Shown piece after piece: positions 42,401 through 44,292 of a DNA stretch of 44,292 bases. The stretch covers positions 1-44,292 of the forward strand of contig PDIP01000081.1 of the NCBI GenBank assembly GCA_002811645.1. The letters are read 5' to 3'. This DNA comes from Corallochytrium limacisporum Hawaii (taxonomy: Eukaryota; Protista; Pluriformea). Below the pieces are notes generated by a model that worked only from the letters and a program-made list of their open reading frames with translations, was not told the origin of the DNA and did no database searches. The position numbers and the translations under genes are program-made. The number at the start of each line of letters is the position of its first letter. Position 1 is the first letter of the stretch.

Positions 42401-43616
42401 CTCCCTCCCTAAGCGTCAGCTGGATCGGATGCAAAATGCAGTGAAACATGTGTTCCCTATCACCGAGGGTATGCTGGAAGAGTTTATTGATGTCATTGTG
42501 GAGCGATTGACTCGTTCAAAGGTCCAGCCAGGTGAAGCTGTCGGTGCTCTTGCGGCCCAGTCTATTGGTGAGCCCGGTACACAGATGACACTCAAGACCT
42601 TCCATTTTGCAGGCGTTGCTTCCATGAATATTACCCTTGGTGTGCCTCGTATTAAGGAGATCATCAATGCCACTCGAGCTATCTCCACTCCCATCATGAC
42701 CGTCGCTCTCGAGAGAGATGATGACGTGAAATTTGCACGACAGGTTAAGGGTCGCCTGGAGCGTACTTATCTGTCAGAGATTTCAAAGTACATCGAGGAG
42801 GTGCTCACTCCGGACAGGATCTACGTTAAAATCAAACTGGACCAAGAGCGCATTGCCCTCTTGAAGCTCGAGATCAACGCAGAGGCCATTGTAAACGCCA
42901 TTCTTACCACAAAGCGTTTGAAGCTTAAGCCAGGGGAAATTGACATTATTGCTCGTGATGAAATCCGCATCTACCCGGGTACGGCAGGCATAATCAGCCT
43001 TGACATGTCTTTGCAATTACTACGACAGTACCTGGATCAGGTCATTGTTCAAGGCCTGCCCTCCGTCAACCGTGCCGTCATCAACGACACCGGCACCGGT
43101 CGTTACAATCTGCTTGTAGAAGGCACTGACCTACAGCGTGTCCTCGCCACGCCTGGTGTCATTGCGAACAAGACCGTGACCAATCACATCATTGAGGCTG
43201 AAAAGTTCTTGGGTATCGAAGCAGCGCGGACTACGATCATGAATGAGATTAACTACACGATGAAGTCCCATGGAATGAACGTGAATCCTCGACACATCAT
43301 GTTGCTGGCCGATCTGATGACCTTCAAGGGTGAGATCCTGGGTATCACTCGCTTCGGTATCTCGAAGATGAAGGACTCTGTGCTCATGTTAGCCAGCTTC
43401 GAGAAAACCACAGATCATTTGTTCGAGGCAGCCCTGCACGGCAAGTCTGACAAAATCGATGGCGTCTCTGAGTGTATCATTATGGGGTCCCATATTCGTA
43501 TCGGTACCGGCATCATGGACATTCTCTACGACACTGAAACGACCGCTGCAACGCCACCGCGACGCACACCCTTGCTCGGTTCATCCGAGTTCCGTCTACC
43601 GCTCTTCGTGAATTAG
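39420..43616 (+). CDS. POLR3A: RNA polymerase III largest subunit RPC1
   Basis: Zn-binding CSTC..ECVGHWG, GRFRGNLSGKRVDF, NRQPSLH, YNADFDGDEMNLH, SALCGSKGS-type block (MALCGSKGS), QMTLKTFHFAGV, LASFEKTTDHLF; no CTD heptads; RPC1-like C-terminus. First ATG at 39420. Confidence 0.97.
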   Translation: MKEVFDNRDASRRVSEISFGLFGAPDTVKLSHVQCINRELYWPQTREPFPHGVLDQRLGTSDKQKTCSTCKLRMAECVGHWGFVKLELPVYHPGYFRAVLGILSCICKTCSRILLDDTKRSLYLARYRRANLENLQRKMLAKQIMVLCRRTTNCPHCGSYNGSIKKVGMMKIIHEKWKRKANSQDSDLLEFRRGLENVAKEKPEIQGFISKAQEALTPLRVLEMFKRVTDEDCEILDLNVEFGRPERLICTHILVPPVCIRPSVAMEGGAGSNEDDITMKISEIIFINTIIRKHMETGANVTLIMEDWDFLHLQCAMLVNSEITGVPYQFQATKPSRGLCQRLKGKSGRFRGNLSGKRVDFSSRTVISPDPNLKINQVAVPQDVAKILTYPERVTKFNIDRLRKLIRNGPDKYPGANFIELPDKSKRFLKYVDRPRMADELSVGAIVERHLCDDDIVLFNRQPSLHKMSIMAHRVTVRPHKTFRLNECVCTPYNADFDGDEMNLHVPQSETARVEAQVLMGINNNTCTPRDGAPLIAAIQDFITASYLLTQKDVFMDRAQFMQLCSYLSDGELKITMPPPCIWKPVRMWSGKQVFSMLLSYSDTARGKVNIEAATKGYSKSGESLCAKDGYVVIRNGELLAGAIDKSVIGSGSKKTIFYHLLHDYGPEVSADRMSRLSKLCTRFLSNYGFSIGIGDVQPGETLTDLKEVLVKRGYEKCNEYISEFREGRLTPQAGYSAEETLEAVLNGELSAIREDAGKICLQELSPFNSPMIMALCGSKGSNINISQMIACVGQQTVSGSRVPEGFEDRTLPHFTLRAKEPAAKGFVRNSFYTGLTPTEFFFHTMGGREGLVDTAVKTAETGYMQRRLMKALEDLCVSYDHSVRNSTGHIIQFTYGDDSYDPTLMQGDESVIQIDRLFKHIMQQHLEAEQRQRSPTITDPKQLLKYKSILKEKIVGTGIEHDGEQIKLVNRQIDGLIERLASLRRKFSLESGHSLPKRQLDRMQNAVKHVFPITEGMLEEFIDVIVERLTRSKVQPGEAVGALAAQSIGEPGTQMTLKTFHFAGVASMNITLGVPRIKEIINATRAISTPIMTVALERDDDVKFARQVKGRLERTYLSEISKYIEEVLTPDRIYVKIKLDQERIALLKLEINAEAIVNAILTTKRLKLKPGEIDIIARDEIRIYPGTAGIISLDMSLQLLRQYLDQVIVQGLPSVNRAVINDTGTGRYNLLVEGTDLQRVLATPGVIANKTVTNHIIEAEKFLGIEAARTTIMNEINYTMKSHGMNVNPRHIMLLADLMTFKGEILGITRFGISKMKDSVLMLASFEKTTDHLFEAALHGKSDKIDGVSECIIMGSHIRIGTGIMDILYDTETTAATPPRRTPLLGSSEFRLPLFVN

Positions 43617-43814
43617 CCGCAGCCGATCAATAACCCCATAAAAATCAATATTTAGTTAGAGAGTAAAACGATAACCCCTCCCTTCCCTCCCACGATTTTC
43701 TCTTGCGCTGTCCGAGCGAGGCGAAGGGGGCCCCCTCTTGCCTGGGGGTCCAGAGCGGCTCTCAGACGGAAGGGTACTAACTCCATTGGGTATTCACCAC
43801 GAATTGCCCCAGTG

Positions 43815-43844
43815 CCCCCCGGGCCCCCGCCGGGGGGGGGGGGG
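43815..43844. repeat. C/G homopolymer block ending in G13, probably in the promoter of a gene beyond the window
   Basis: ccccccgggcccccgccggggggggggggg. Confidence 0.8.
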
Positions 43845-44276
43845 AGCCAGAAGTAAAAAAGAGAAAGGGGTTCTTTCCTTTTTTTTTTTAATGCAAAGAA
43901 CACTTTGCCGGCAACGGAATGATAGCCCTCTATTTCTTAATCGATAAACTCAGTGAGTACGTAAAGAAGTGTTGATATGCGCCGCGTACCCTGTGTATTT
44001 ACTCTGCGCCCCTGGAGACCCGCAAGGGCGTCAATAAAATCTTCAAAGGTTCACAGTGATATCACTAGTAAACAAGACGCAGGTTATATTGTTCACAGCT
44101 TTTAGCTGCGCCGGCAAATCTCTTTCCCCACTGGTTTTCTTTGTGCGAACGGAGTGGCTTTTTCTTTTTTGATTGTTTTGGGCTTATTCTCTCCCCGTGT
44201 GTCTCTGTGTCTCTGTGTGTCTGTGTGTGGTGGCAGCAAAATGCGTGTCCCCACAAGCGCAAGTGCTGGACCGGGT

Positions 44277-44292
44277 GGGGGGGGGGGGGGGG
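44277..44292. repeat. Terminal poly-G run (16 nt visible), likely contig break
   Basis: Window ends in G16 and begins in C9. Confidence 0.8.

Noticed and set aside
1-44292. tRNA, rRNA, U1/U2-type snRNA genes, transposons, alternative genetic code
   Set aside because: No cloverleaf in intergenic DNA, no U1 ATACTTACC 5' end, no RT/transposase motifs; conserved proteins translate fully with the standard code and use all three stops. Checked by eye only.

Overview
Gene-dense, almost intron-free eukaryotic nuclear DNA that starts in a C-run and ends in a G-run, probably a whole contig broken at homopolymers. It carries 19 protein-coding genes: NOC1/CEBPZ, an RGG/RS-rich protein, PKA catalytic subunit, vasculin/GPBP1-like, DDX20-like helicase, R3HDM4-like, ISCA1, MTR4, Mpv17/PMP22, PEX4-like E2, LMBRD2-like, NAC-beta/BTF3, TOPBP1, ADAT3, SLC22A18-like MFS, an unknown ORF, hexokinase, NOC4 and RPC1/POLR3A. 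Only one coding intron is evident (87 nt, R3HDM4-like gene). Animal-like genes together with PEX4 and near-total intron loss suggest an intron-poor unicellular holozoan (inference; Corallochytrium-like). I recognised no tRNA, rRNA, CRISPR array or transposon. The most unusual feature is the 5.3-kb ORF-free region upstream of PKA-C. It holds a minus-strand TATA box, a ~310-nt putative first exon ending in a CAG|GTATGC donor, and a single ATG opening a 17-aa uORF, MGIRRDSLGLWSWSCPG, with a Kemptide-like PKA substrate motif. This is a candidate uORF-peptide feedback system and is untested. Other signals: an E2F-like site upstream of TOPBP1, non-canonical E-boxes at ribosome-biogenesis promoters, duplicated HSE-like repeats, G/C tracts at promoters, and 30-47 nt spacers between convergent genes. 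All family calls come from motif recognition by eye; no searches were run.
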